From the human T2T-CHM13v2.0 reference genome, Homo sapiens, in the NCBI RefSeq assembly GCF_009914755.1, contig NC_060939.1: DNA of 64,000 nucleotides; one strand, 5' to 3'. The translations under genes and the position numbers were made by a program. Positions 18,901 through 34,754 of the stretch are shown piece after piece. The notes under the pieces were generated by a model. The model was given only the letters and a program-made list of their open reading frames with translations, did not search any database and had not been told where the DNA came from. Every line of letters starts with the position of its first letter. Position 1 is the first letter of the stretch.

Positions 18901-21900
18901 CTACTGGAGACATTGTGACATATCTGAGCACTGATCACCCAGGTGATGTCACTTTTGTCAAGGATATGGCTACAAGGGCATTGTGACAAGTCACTGCACT
19001 GATCACACAGCTGATGTAACACTTGTCTAGGCTCTGTCTACAGGGGGCTTGTGACACATCTCTGCACTGATCACCCAGTTGATGTAACCCTTGTCTAGGC
19101 TCTGCCAAAAGGGGGCATTGTGACATAACTCTGCACTGATCACCCAGGTGATGGGACACTTGTCTAGGCTCTGCCTACAGGGGCATTGTGACATATCTCT
19201 GCAGTGATCACGCAGGTGACGTAACTCTTGTCTATATCTGCCTACTGGAGGCATTGTGGCATATTTCTGCACTGATCACGCAGGTGATGGACTATTGTCT
19301 TGGATCTGCCTATGGGGGCATAGTGACATATCTCTGCACTGATGATCACCCGGGTTATGTAACTCTTGTCTAGGCCTGCCTATGGGGGCATTGTGACTTA
19401 TCTCTGCACTGATCACCCAGGAGATGTGACTCTTGTCTAAGCTCTGCCAAGTGGGACACTGGGACATATCACTGCACTGATCGCTGAGGTGATGTAAAAC
19501 TTGTCTAGGCTTTGCCTACAGTGGGATTTATGACATATCTCTGCACTGATCACCCACGTGATGTAACTCTTGTCTAGTCTCTGCTTACAGGGGATATTGT
19601 GAGATATCTCTGCACTGATCACCCACGTGATGTAACTCTTGTCTAGGCTCGGCCTTCAGGGGATTTGTGACATATTTCTGCACTGATCACCCAGGTGATG
19701 TAACTCTTGTCTAGGCTCCGCCTACAGGGGCTTTGTGACATATCTCTGCACTGATCACCCAGGTGATGTAACTTTTGTCTAGGCTCCACCTACAGTGGGT
19801 ATTGTGACATATGTCTGCACTGATCACCCAGGTGAAGTAACATTTATCTAGGCTTTGCCTACAGGGGCGTTTTGACATAGCTCTGCACAGATCACCTAGT
19901 TTATGTAACTCTTTTCCACTCTCTGCCCACAGGGGGCATTGTGACATATCTCTGCACTGATCACCCAGGTGATGGAAGTCTTGTCTAGGCTCTGTCTACG
20001 GGGGGAATTGTGTCAAATATCTGTACTGATCACCCAGGTGATGTAACTCTTTTCTAGACTCTGTCTACAGGGATTTTTGTGACATGTCACTGCACAGATC
20101 TCCCAGGTGATGTAAGCATTGTATGGGCTTTGCCTACAAAAGGCTTTGTGACATATCTTTGCACTGGTGATCCAAGTGACGTAACTCTTTTCTAGGATCT
20201 GCCTAAAGGGACTTAGTGACATATCTCTTCACTAATCTCCCAGGTGCTGTAACATTAGTCTAGGCTCTGGCTACATGGCATCATGAGATATCACTGCACT
20301 GATCACCCAGGTGATATAACCCTTGTGTAGGCTCTGCCTAAAGGGGGCTTGTGACATGTATATCCCTGCAATGATCACCCAGGTGATGTACCACTTGTCA
20401 AGGCTCTGCCTACAGTGGCATTGCGATGTATCTCGGCACTGATCAATTAGGTCATGTAACTCTTGTCTAGGCTCTGCCTACAGTGGCATTGTGACATATC
20501 TCTACACTGATCATCCAAGTGTTGTAACACTGTCTAGGATCTGCCTAAAGGGACTTTGTGACATAACTCTGCACTGATCATCCAGGTGATGGGGCTTTTG
20601 TCTAGGATCTGCCTAACGGGCATTGTGACATATTTCTGCACTGATCACCCAGGTGACGGACTCTTGTCTTGGATCTGCCTATGGGGGCACTGTGACATAT
20701 CACTACACTGATAACCCAGGTGATGTAACTGTTGTATAAGCTCTGCCTACAGGGGAATTGTGAGAGATCTCGCCACTGATCACCCAAGTGATGTAACTAT
20801 TGTCTAGGCTTTGCCTACAGGGGGCTCTGTGACATACCTTTGCACTGATCACCCAGGTGATGTAACTCATCTAAGTTCTGCCTATAGGAGGTTTGGGACA
20901 TATCTCTGCACTGATCACTTAGGTGATATAACACTTTTATAAGCACTGCCTACAGGGAATTTTGACAAATCTGTGCACTGATCACCTAGGTGATGTAACT
21001 TTTGTCTACCCTCTGCCCAAAGGGGGCATTGTGAAATGTCTCTGCACTGATCACCCAGGTGATTCACCCCTTGTCTTGGATCTGCCTACAGGGGGTATTG
21101 TGAAATATCTCTGCACTGATCAACTAGGTAATGTAACTGTTGTCAACGCTCTGCCTACAGGGGCGTTTTCACATGTCCCTGAACTGATGACAAAGATGAT
21201 GTAACTCTTGCCTAGGTTTTGCCTACACGGGACACTGTGACACATCTCTGCATAGATCACCCAGGTGATGCAAATCTTCCATATGCTCTGCCTACAGGGG
21301 ATATTGTGACATATCTCTGCACTGATCACCCAGGTGATGTAACTCTTTTCTAGTCTCTGCCTACAGAGGGCGTTTTGACATCACTCTGCATGGATCACCT
21401 GGGTTATGTAACTCTTCTCTAGGCTCTTCCTATGGGGGCATTGTGACTTATCTCTGCACTGATCACCCAGGAGATGTGACTCTTTTCTAAACTCTGCCTG
21501 GAGGGACATTGGAACATATCTCTGCACTGATCACCCAGGTGATGTAACTCTTTCCTAATCTCTGCCTACAGAGGACATTGTGACATCACTCTGCACGGAT
21601 CACGCGGGTTATTTAACTCTAGTCTAGTCTCTGCCTACGGGGGCATTGTGACTTATCTCTGCACTGATCACCCAAGAGATGTGACTCTTGTCTAAGCTCT
21701 GCCTAGAGGGACAATGGGACATATCTCGGCACTGATCCCTGAGGTGATGTAAAATTGTCTAGGCTTGACTACAGTGGGATTTATGACGTATCTGTGCACT
21801 GATCAGCCAGGTGATGTAACTCTTGTGTAGGCTCTGCCTACAGGGGCATTTTAACATATCACTGCACTGATCACCGAGATGATGTAACTCTTGTATAGGC

Positions 21901-24900
21901 TTCGCCGACAGGGGTCATTGAGACATACCTCTGAAATGATCACCGAGGTGATGCAAGTCTTGTCTGGGATCTGCTTACAGTGGGCATTGTGACATATCTC
22001 TGCTCTGGTCACCCAGGTGATGGACTCTTGTCTTGGATCTGCCTATGGGGGCATAGTGACATATCTCTGCACTGATCACTCATGTGATGTAACGCTTGTC
22101 TAAGCTGCGCCTAAAGGGGAATTGTGACAGATATCTCCACTCATCACCCAGGAGAACTAACAATTTTCTTGGATTTTTCTACAGGGGGCTTTGTGAAAAT
22201 CTTGGCACTGATCACCCAGGAGATGTACCTCTTGTCTAGGCTTGGCCTACAGGGGTTTTGTGACATATATCTGCACTGATCTCCCAGGTGATGTAACTGT
22301 TGCATAAGCTCTGCCTATAGGGGCATTGTGACAGATGTCTGCACTGATCACTCAGGTGATGTAACAACTGTCTAGCCTCTGCTTAGAGGGGCCTTGTCAC
22401 ATATCTCTGCACTGATCACCCAGGTGGTGTAGCACTTGTCTAGGCTCTGCTTACAGGAGGTATTGTGACATATCTCTGCACTGATCACCTAAGTGATGTA
22501 ACACTTGTGTAGGCTCTGCCTGCAGGGGTATTTTGACATATCTCTGAACTGTTAACCACGGTGATGTAACTCTTGTCTAGGCTGTGCCCACAGGGGTATT
22601 GAGACATATCTCTGCAATAATCCCGAGGTGATCCAACTCTTGACAGGTCTCTGTGTACTGGGGACATAGTGACATATCTCTGCACTGATCTCCTAGGTGC
22701 TGTAACTTTAGTCTGGGCTCTGGCTACACGGCATCGTGACATATCACTGCAATGATCACCCAGGTGATATAACTCTTCTCTAGGATCTGCCTACAGTGTG
22801 CTTTGTGACTTATCCCTGCAATGATCACCCAGCTGATATACCACTTGTCAAGGATCTACCTACAGAGGCATTGTGATGTATCTCTGCACTGATCACCTAG
22901 GTCATGTAACACTTGTCTAGGCTCTGCCTACAGTGGCTTTGTGACATATGTCTACACTGATCACCCAGGTGATGTAACTCTTGTCTAGGATCTGCCTACA
23001 GGGACTTTGTGACATAACTCTGCACTGATCATCCAGGAGATGGGGCTTTGGTCTAGGCTCTGCCTAAGGGGGCATTGTGACATATCTCTGCACTGATCAC
23101 CCAGGTGATGTAACTGTTGCAGAAGCTCTGTCTAAAGGGGAATTGTGAGAGATCTTGCCACTGATCCCCGAAATGATGCAACTATTGTCTAGGCTTTGCC
23201 TAGAGGGGGCTTTGTGACATACCTTTGCACTGATCACCCAGGTGATGTAACTCATCTACGTTCTGCCTACAGGAGCTTTGTGACATATCTCTACACTGAT
23301 CACTTAGGTGATGTAACACTTTTATAAGCACTGCATACAAGGAATTTTGAGAAATCACTGCACTGATCACCTAGGTGATGTAACTCTTGTCTACCCTCTG
23401 CCAAAAGGGGGCATTGTGAAATATCTCTGCACTGATCACCCAGGTGATTCAACTCTTGTCTAGGATCTGCCTTCCGGGGTGTTGTGAAATATCTCTACAC
23501 TGATCAACTTGTTGGTGTAACTCATATCTAGGCTCTGCCTACAGGGGCGTTTTCACATATCCATGAACTGAAGACAAAGGTGAAGTAACTCTTGCCTAAG
23601 CTTTGCCTACAGGGGATATTGTGACATATATCTGCACTGATAACCCAGGTGATGCAACTCTTGCCTAGGCTTTGCCTACAGGGGACATTGTGACATATCT
23701 CTGCACTGATCACCCAGGTGATGCAACTCTTCTCTATCCTCTGCGTACAGGGGGAATCTTGACATATCTCTGCACTGATCACCCAGGTTATGTAACGATT
23801 TTCTAGTCTCTGCCTACAGAGGGCGTTGTGACATCACTCTGCACGGATCACCAGGGTTATGTAACTCTTTTCTAGGCTCTGCCTACAGTGGCAATGTGAC
23901 TTATGGCTGCACTGATCACCCAGGAGATGTGACTCTTGTCTAACCTCTGCCTAGAGGGATATTTGGACATATCTCTGCACTGATCGCTGAGGTGATGTAA
24001 AACTTGTCTAGGCTTTGCGTACAGTGGGATATATGACATATCTCTGCAATGATCACCCAGTTGATGTAACTCTTTTCTAGGCGCTGCTTACATGTGGTAC
24101 TGTGAGATATATCTGCACTGATCACTCAGGTGATGTAACTCTTGTCTAGGCTCTGCCTACAGGGGCATTTTCACGTATCACTGCACTGATCACTGAGATG
24201 ATGTAACTCTTGTATAGGGTTCACCGACAGGGGGCATTGAGACATATCTCTGCACTGATCACCCAGGTGATGGGACTCTTGTCTAGTCTCTGCCTAAAGG
24301 GGCATTGTGACATATATCTACAGTGATCACGCAGGTGATGTAAGTCGTCTATATCTGCCTACTGGTGGCATTTTGGCATATTTCTGCACTGATCACCGAG
24401 GTGATGGACTCTTGCCTTGGATCTGCCTATGCGGGCATAGTGGCATATCTCTGCACTGATCACTCATGTGATGTAACGCTTGTCTAAGCTGAGCCTAAAG
24501 GGGAATTGTGACAGATATCTCCACTGATTACCCAGGTGGTGTAACAATTTTCTGGGATTTGTCTACAGGGGGCTTTCTGACATATCTTTGCACTAATCAC
24601 CCAGGAGATGTAACTCTTGTGTAGGCTCGGCCTACAAGGGTTTGTGACATATTTCTGCACTGATAACCCAGGTGATGTAACTTTGGATTAGGCTCCACCT
24701 ACAGGGGCTATTGTGACGTATCTCTGCACTGATCACCCAGGTGATGTAACTCTTGTCTAGGCTCCACCTACAGGGGGTATTGTGATGTATCTCTGCAGTC
24801 ATCACCCAGGTGATTTGACATTTATCTAGGCTCTGCCTACAGGGGCGTTTTGACATAGCTCTGCACAGATAACCCAGATTATGTAACTCTTGCCCACTCT

Positions 24901-25869
24901 CTGCCTACAGGGGGCATTGTGAAATATCTCTGCACTGATCACCCAGGTGATGGGACTCTTCTCTATACTCTGCGTAGAGGGGGATTTGTGACATATCTCT
25001 GCACTGATCACTCAGGTGATGGAAGTCTTGTCTAGGCTCTGTCTATGGGGGCATTGTGTCAAATATCTGCACTGATCACCCAGATGATGTAACTCTTGTC
25101 TAGGCTCTGTCTACAGGGATTTTTGTGACATATCACTGCACTGATCACCTAGGTGATGTAAGCCTTGTATGGGCTTTGCCTACACGGGAATTCTCACATA
25201 TCTCTGCACTGATCACCCAGGTGATGTAACTCCTCTCTACGTTCAGCCTACAGGAGTGTTTTGACATATCTCTGCACTGATCACCCAGGTGATGTAACCC
25301 TTGTCTAAGCTCTGCCTACAGGGGCATTGTGACAGATCTCTCCACTGCTCACCCAGGTGATGTAACAATTGTCTGGGCTTTGCCTGCAGGGGGCTTTGTG
25401 ATATACATTTCCACTTATCAAACAGGTGATGTAACCCTTGTCAAGGTTCTGCTTACAGGGGCTTTGTGACATATCTCTGCACTGATCACCCCAGGGAGGA
25501 AACACTTGTCTACACTCTGCATACAGGAGGCTTTACGACTTATCTCTGCACTGATCACTAGGTGATGTAACACTTGTCTAGGCTCTGTCTACACAGGAAT
25601 TCTCACATATCTCTACACTGATCACCTAAGTGATGCAACACTTGTCTAGGTTCAGCCTACTGGGGATTTCTGACATACCTATGCACTGATCCCCGAGGTG
25701 ATGTAAATCATTTCCAGGCTTTTTGTACAGGGGACATTGTGATATATCTCTGCACTGATCACCCAAATGATGCAAATGTTCTCTAGTCTCCGCCGGGAGG
25801 GGTCATAGTGACGTATTTCTGAACTGATCATCCAGGAGATGTAACTATTCTCCAGGCTTTGACTAAAGA
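18901..25869 (-). repeat. Beta satellite array, reverse orientation
   Basis: ~102 reverse monomers beginning CTACTGGAGACATTGTGACA. Confidence 0.95.
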
Positions 25870-26010
25870 GCATCGGAAGGTTTTGGGAGAGCCTCAGCCA
25901 GAATTTTGCAGTCGGACAAGGGTACAGAGAGGCCAGCGGGCTCCTTTGCACGTCAGCCAGGGTGCAAAATGAGCGCAGGTCTGGCCAGGAGGCCGACAAA
26001 GTAAGCTAGA
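25800..26010 (-). other. pLAM-like segment without ATTAAA
   Basis: Reverse CCTGGCCAG|ACCTGCGC at 25980; PAS position GTCACT (25807-25812). Confidence 0.83.
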
Positions 26011-28628
<2,618 letters not shown>

Positions 28629-31600
28629 AAACATCTCTGAACTGATCAACAAAGTGATGTAACACTTGTCTAGGCTCTGCCTACAGGTGCTTTGTGACTT
28701 ATCTCTGCACTGATAACCCAGGTGATGGGACATTTGTCTAGGCTCTGCCTATGGGGGCATTTTGACATATCTCTACACTGATCACCTAGGTGATGTAACT
28801 CTTGTGTTGGATCTGCCTATGGGGGCATTGTGACATATTTCTGCACTGATCACCCAGATGTTGGGACTCTTGTCTACTCTCTGTGAAAGGGGGCTTTGTG
28901 ACATATCTCTGCACTGATCACCCAGGTGATGTAACGCTGGACTAGGCTCTGCCCACGGGGCATAGTGACATATCACTGCACTGATCACCGAGGTGATGTA
29001 ACTCTTGTCCAGGCTCTGCCTATAGGGGCCTTGTGACATATCTCTGCACTGATCATCTAGGTGATGTAACACTTGCTTACGCTCTGCCTCCAGGGGCATT
29101 GTGAAATATTTCTGCACTGATCACCCAGGTGATGGGACTCTTCTCTAGGCTCTGCCTACTTTGGCTTTGTCACATATTTCTGCACTGATCACCCAGGTGA
29201 TGGACTCTTGTCTTGGATTTGCCTATGGTGGCATTGTGACATATCTCTGCACTGATCACCCAGGTGATGTAACTCTGGTCTAAGCTCTGCCTAAAGGGGC
29301 ATTGTGACAGATCTCTGCACGGATCACTCAGGTGATGTAAATATTGTCTAGGCTCTGCTTAAAGGGGCCTTGTCACATATCTCTGCCCTGATTACCCAGG
29401 TGATGTAACTCTTCTCTAGGCTCTGCTTACAGGGGGTATTGTGACATATCTCTGCACTGATCACCTAAGTCATGTAAGAATTGTGTAGGCTCTGCCTACA
29501 GGGGCATTTTGACATATCTCTGCACTGTTAACCGAGGTGATGTAACTCTTGTGTAGGCTGTGCCCACAGGGGGATTGAGACATATCTCTGCACTGATCCC
29601 GAGGTGATCCAACTCTTGCCTGGTCTCTGCCTACTGGGGACATTGTGACATATCTCTGCACTGATCTCCCAGGTGCTGTAACTTTAGTGTAGGCTCTGGC
29701 TACACGGCATTGTGACATATCACTGCACTGATCACCCAGGTGACATAACTCTTGTCTAGGCTCTGCCTACAGGGGGCTTGTGACATATCTCTGCACTGCT
29801 CAATCAGGTGATATAACTCTTCTCTAGGATCTGCCTACAGGGTGCTTTGTGATATATCCCTGCAATGATCACCCAGGTGATATACCACTTGTCAAGGCTC
29901 TCCCTACAGGGACATTGCGATGTATCTCTGCACTGATCACCTAGGTCATGTAACTCTTGTCTAGGCTCTGCCTAAAGTGGCATTGTGGCATATCTCTGCA
30001 CTGATCACCCAGGTGATGGAACTCTTGTAGGATCTGCTTACAGGGTGCTTTGAGACATATCCCTGCAATGATCACCCAGCTGATGTACCACTTGTCAAGG
30101 CTTTGCCTACAGGGACATTGCGATGTATCTCTGTATTGATCACCTAGGTCATGTTACACTTGTCTAGGCTCTGCCTACACTGGCATTGTGACATATCTCT
30201 GCACTGATCATCCAAGTGATGTAACACTTGTCTAGGATCTGCCTAAAGGGACTTTGTGACATAACTCTGCACTGATCATCCAGGTGATGGGGCTTTTGTC
30301 TAGGCTCTGCCTAAGGGCGCATTGTGACATATCTCTGCACTGATCACCCAGGTGACGGACTCTTGTCTTGGATCTGCCTATGGGGGAACTGGGATATAAC
30401 ACTGCACTGATCACCCAGGTGATGTAACTGTTGTATAAGCTCTGCCTACAGGAGAATTGTGAGAGATCTCGCCACTGATCACCCAAGTGATGTAACTATT
30501 GTCTAGGCTTTGCCTACAGGGGACTTTGTGACATACTTTTGCACTGATCACCCAGGTGATGTAACTCATCTAAGTTCTACCTACAGGTGCTTTGTGACAT
30601 ATCTCTGCACTGATCACTTAGGTGATGTAACACTATTATAAGCACTGCCTACAGGGAATTTTGCCAACTCTCTGCACTGATCACCTAGGTGATGATACTC
30701 TTGTCTACCCTCTGCCCAAAGGGGGCATTGTGAAATATCTCTGCACTGATCACCCAGCAGATTCAACTCTTGTCTAGCATCTGCCTAAAGAGGGTATTGT
30801 GAAATAACTCTGCACTGATCACCCAGGTGATGTAACTCTTGTCTAGGCTCTGCCTGCTGGAGACATTTTGACATATCTCTGCACTGATCACCCAGGTGAT
30901 GTCACTTTTGTCAAGGATATGGCTGCAGGGACATTGTGACATGTCACTGCACTCATCACACAGCTGATGTAATTCTTGTCTAGGCTCTGGCTACAGGCGT
31001 CTAGTGACACATCTCTGAACTGATCACCCAGATGATGTAACCCTTGTCTAAGCTCTGCCAAAAGGGGGCATTTTGACATAACTCTGCATTGATTACCCAG
31101 GTGATGGGACTCTTGTCTAGGCTCTGCCTACAGGGGCTTTGTGACATATCTCTGCAGTGATCACTCAGGTGATGTAACGCTTGTCTATATCTGCCTGCTG
31201 GCGGCATTGTGGCATATTTCTGCACTGATCACCCAGGTGATGGACTCTTGTCTTGGATCTGCCTATGGGAGCATAGTGACATATCTCTGCACTGATCACT
31301 CATGTGATGTAACGCTTGTCTAAGCTGCGCCTAAAGGGGAATTGTGACAGATATCTCCGCTGATCACCCAGGTGATGTAACAATTTTCTGGGATTTGTCT
31401 ACAGGGGGCTTTCTGACATATCTTTGCACTGATCACCCAGGAGATGTAACTCTTGTCTAGGCTCAGCCTACAGGGGCTTTGTGACATATTTCTGCACTGA
31501 TCACTCAGATGATGTAACACTTGTCTAGGCTCCTCCTACAGGGTCTTTGTGAGATATCTCTGCACTTATCACCCAGGTGATGTAACTCTTCTCTAGGCTC

Positions 31601-33045
31601 CACCTACAGGGGGTATTGTGACGTATCTCTGCACTGATCACCCAGGTGATGTAACATTTTTCTAGGCTCTGCCTACTGGGGCGTTTTGACATAGCTCTGC
31701 ACAGATCACCTAGGTTATGTAACTCTTGTCCACTCTCGGCCTACAGGGGGCATTGTGAAATATATCTGCACTGATCACCCAGGTGATGGGACTCTTCTCT
31801 ATACTCTGCATAGAGGGGGATTTGTGACATATCTCTGCACTGATCACCCAGGTGAAGGAAGTCTTGTCTAGGCTCTGTCTATGGGGGCATTGTGTCAAAT
31901 ATCTGCACTGATCACCCAGGTGATGTAACTCTTGTCTAGGCTCTGTCTACAGAGATTATTGTGACATATCACTGCACTGATCACCTAGGTGATGTAAGCC
32001 TTGTATGGGCTCTGCCTACAGAAGGCTTTGTGACATATCTATGCACTGATGTCTGAGGTGATGCAACTCTTGTCTAGGCACTGCCTACAGGGGACATTGG
32101 TACATATCTCTGCACTGATCACCCAGGTGATGGACCCTTGTCTTAGATCTGCCTACATGGACATTGTGACACATCTCGGAACTGATCAACCAAGTGATGA
32201 AACTCTTGTCTAGGCTCTGCCTACAGGGGCTTTGTGACACATCTCTGCACTGATCACCCTGGGGAGTGAGCTCTTGTCTACACTCTGCCTACAGGAGGCT
32301 TTATGACTTATTCCTGCCCTAATATCCTAGCTGATATAACACTTGTCTAGGCTCTGCCTACACGGGAATTCTCACATATCTCTGCACGGATCACCCAGGT
32401 GATGTAACTCCTGTCTAGGTTTAGCCTACAGTAGCGTTTTGACATATCTCTGCACTGATCACCCAGGTGATGTAACCCTTGTCTGAGCTCTGCCTACTAG
32501 GGCATTGTGACAGATCTCTCTACTGCTCACCCAGGTGATATAACAATTGTCTGGGCTTTGCCTGCAGGGGGTCTTGTGGTATACATTTCCACTGATCAAA
32601 CAGGAGATGTAACCCTTGTCAAAGTTCTGCTTACAGGGGCTTTGTAACATATGTGCACTGATAACCCCAGGAAGGAAACCCTTGTCTACACTCTGCCTAC
32701 TGGAGGCTTTAGGACTTATTCCTGCACTGAACACTAGGTGATGTAACACTTGTTTAGGCTCTGTCTGCACGGGAATTTTCACATATCTCTACACTGATCA
32801 CCTAAGTGATGTAACCCTTGCATAGGTTCAGCCTACTGGGGATTTCTGACATACCTATGCACTGATCACCGAGGTGATGTAAATCATTTCCAGGCTTTCT
32901 GTACAGGGGACATTGTGATATATCTCTGCACTGATCACCCAAATGATGCAAGTCTTCTCTAGGCTCCACAGGGAGGGGGCATTGTGACATATTTCTGAAC
33001 TGATCTTCCAGGAGATGTAACTATTCTCCAGGCTTTGAATAAAGA
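28629..33045 (-). repeat. Beta satellite array, reverse orientation
   Basis: ~65 reverse monomers. Confidence 0.95.
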
Positions 33046-33360
33046 GTTTCGGAATGTGTTGGGAGAGCCTCAGCTGGAATTTCACAGACTGACAAGGGCA
33101 CAGAGAGGCCAGCTGGCTCCCTTGCATGTCAGCCGAGGTGCGCAATGATCGCAGGTCTAGCCAGGAGGCCGGCAAAGAGAGCTAGAGGTCTGAGTTCCTC
33201 CGCCAGGAGCTCCATGGTGGCAGCTGGGAGGCTGCAGGGGCACCGGCGGGCTGGCGACGGTGACGCGGAGGCACAGAGGAGGCGAGCCGCCGGAGGGGTG
33301 TCAGGCTTGGATGATGGGCAGGCCCGGTGTTTCCCGGGACTGTGGTCTCCACCCAGCCCA
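32975..33360 (-). other. Copy 5a: orphan pLAM-like segment plus D4Z4/LSau 3' fragment (no ORF)
   Basis: Acceptor at 33156; PAS position GTCACA 32983-32988; D4Z4 3' sequence to 33360, then a strand switch. Confidence 0.85.
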
Positions 33361-34754
33361 GAGACCAGGAGTGATATCTGGTTTCAGAATCGAAGGACCA
33401 GGCCCCTGGGAGAGGCGGGCAGGGCGACCGCGCAGTCAGGCGGCATGTGCAAAGTGGCCCCCTGTGGGTGTCACCCTGCTCTCTCGTGGGTCACCTTCGC
33501 CACACCGGCGTGTGGGGAACGGGGCTTCACGCACCCCCTGTGCCCTGCGCGCCTGGGGCTCTCCCACAGGGGGCTTTCATGAGCCAGTGAGCGAGGGCCG
33601 TCGCTGTGCTCCAGCCCAGCCTGGCCGCGCCAGCAGAGGGGATCTCCCAACCTGCCCCGGCACGCGGGGATTTTGCTTACGCCACCCCGGCTCCTCCTGA
33701 AGGGGCGCTCTCCGACCCTCAGGCTCCTCGGTGGCCTCCGCACATGGGCAAAAGCCAGGGGGACCCGGACCCGCAGCGCGACAGCTTGCCTGGCCCTTGC
33801 GCGGTGGGAATCCCTGGGCCGGCTGAGGCGGGCCCACAGAGCCAAGGTGTGCTTGTGCCACCCGCGTCCCCGGGGAGTCCGTCATGGGGCTGTGGCCGGT
33901 GTCCGCAGTTCGCTGGGGCGGCGTGGGTACCACAAGCTGGGGCAGCCCCACCTCGCCAGCCCATGACCCAGAGCCCTCCGCCTGGCAGGGGCAGATGCTA
34001 GGCATCCCGGCGCCCTCCCAGGCGCTCCAGGAGCCGGGGCGCTCGTTGGCACTCCCCTCTGGCGTGCTGCTGGATGAGCTCCTGGAGAGCCCGGAGTTTC
34101 CACAGCAGGCGCAATCTTTCCTAGAAATGGAGGCCCCAGGGGAGCTGGAGGCCTTGGAAGAGGCGGCCTTGCTGGAAGCACCCCTCAGAGAGGAAGAATA
34201 CCGGGATCTGCTGGAGGAGCTTTAGGACGCAGGGTTGGGACGGGGTCGGGTCGGGGCAGGACAGTGGCCTCTCTTTCGCGGGGAACACCTGGCTGGCTAC
34301 GAATGGGCGTGTCTTCCCCCCGTCCCCTCCACCGGGCTGACCAGCCTGGGAATCCTGCCTTCTAGGTCTAGGCCCGGTGAGAGACTCCACACATTGGAGA
34401 ACTGCCATTCTGTCCTGGGCATCCCGGGGATCCCAGTGCTGGCCCAGGTACCAGCAGGTGGGTCGCCTACTGCGCACGCGCGGGTTTGCGGGTAGCCGTC
34501 TGGGCTGTGGGAGCAGCCCAGGCAGAGCTCTCATGCCTTTCCACCACCCCACCACCACCTGACCACCCCCAACCTACCCCCACACCCCACCCCCGGAAAA
34601 TGCGTCCTCCCCTGACCTGGGTGGAGACACCCCGTCCCGCGAAACACCAGGACCACCTAGCGTCCTTTCCTGACATCCCTTCGGTGGCTTGCATCCTCTG
34701 CACCTCCGCGCCACCATAGCCCACCCGGGCATTCCCCTGCAGCCTCCCAGCTGC
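33361..34754 (+). pseudogene. DUX4L: DUX4-like copy 5b, 5'-truncated inside HD2 helix 3
   Basis: Begins SDIWFQNRR; frameshifts; acidic tail LLDELL...[11 protein letters not shown] with TAG 34223-34225; KpnI 34447-34452; fused to beta at CAGCTGC|AGAGATATG. Confidence 0.92.

Noticed and set aside
33038-33043. AATAAA at the pLAM/beta boundary
   Set aside because: It is on the + strand, antisense to this pLAM-like exon and upstream of copy 5b, so it cannot serve a DUX-sense transcript.
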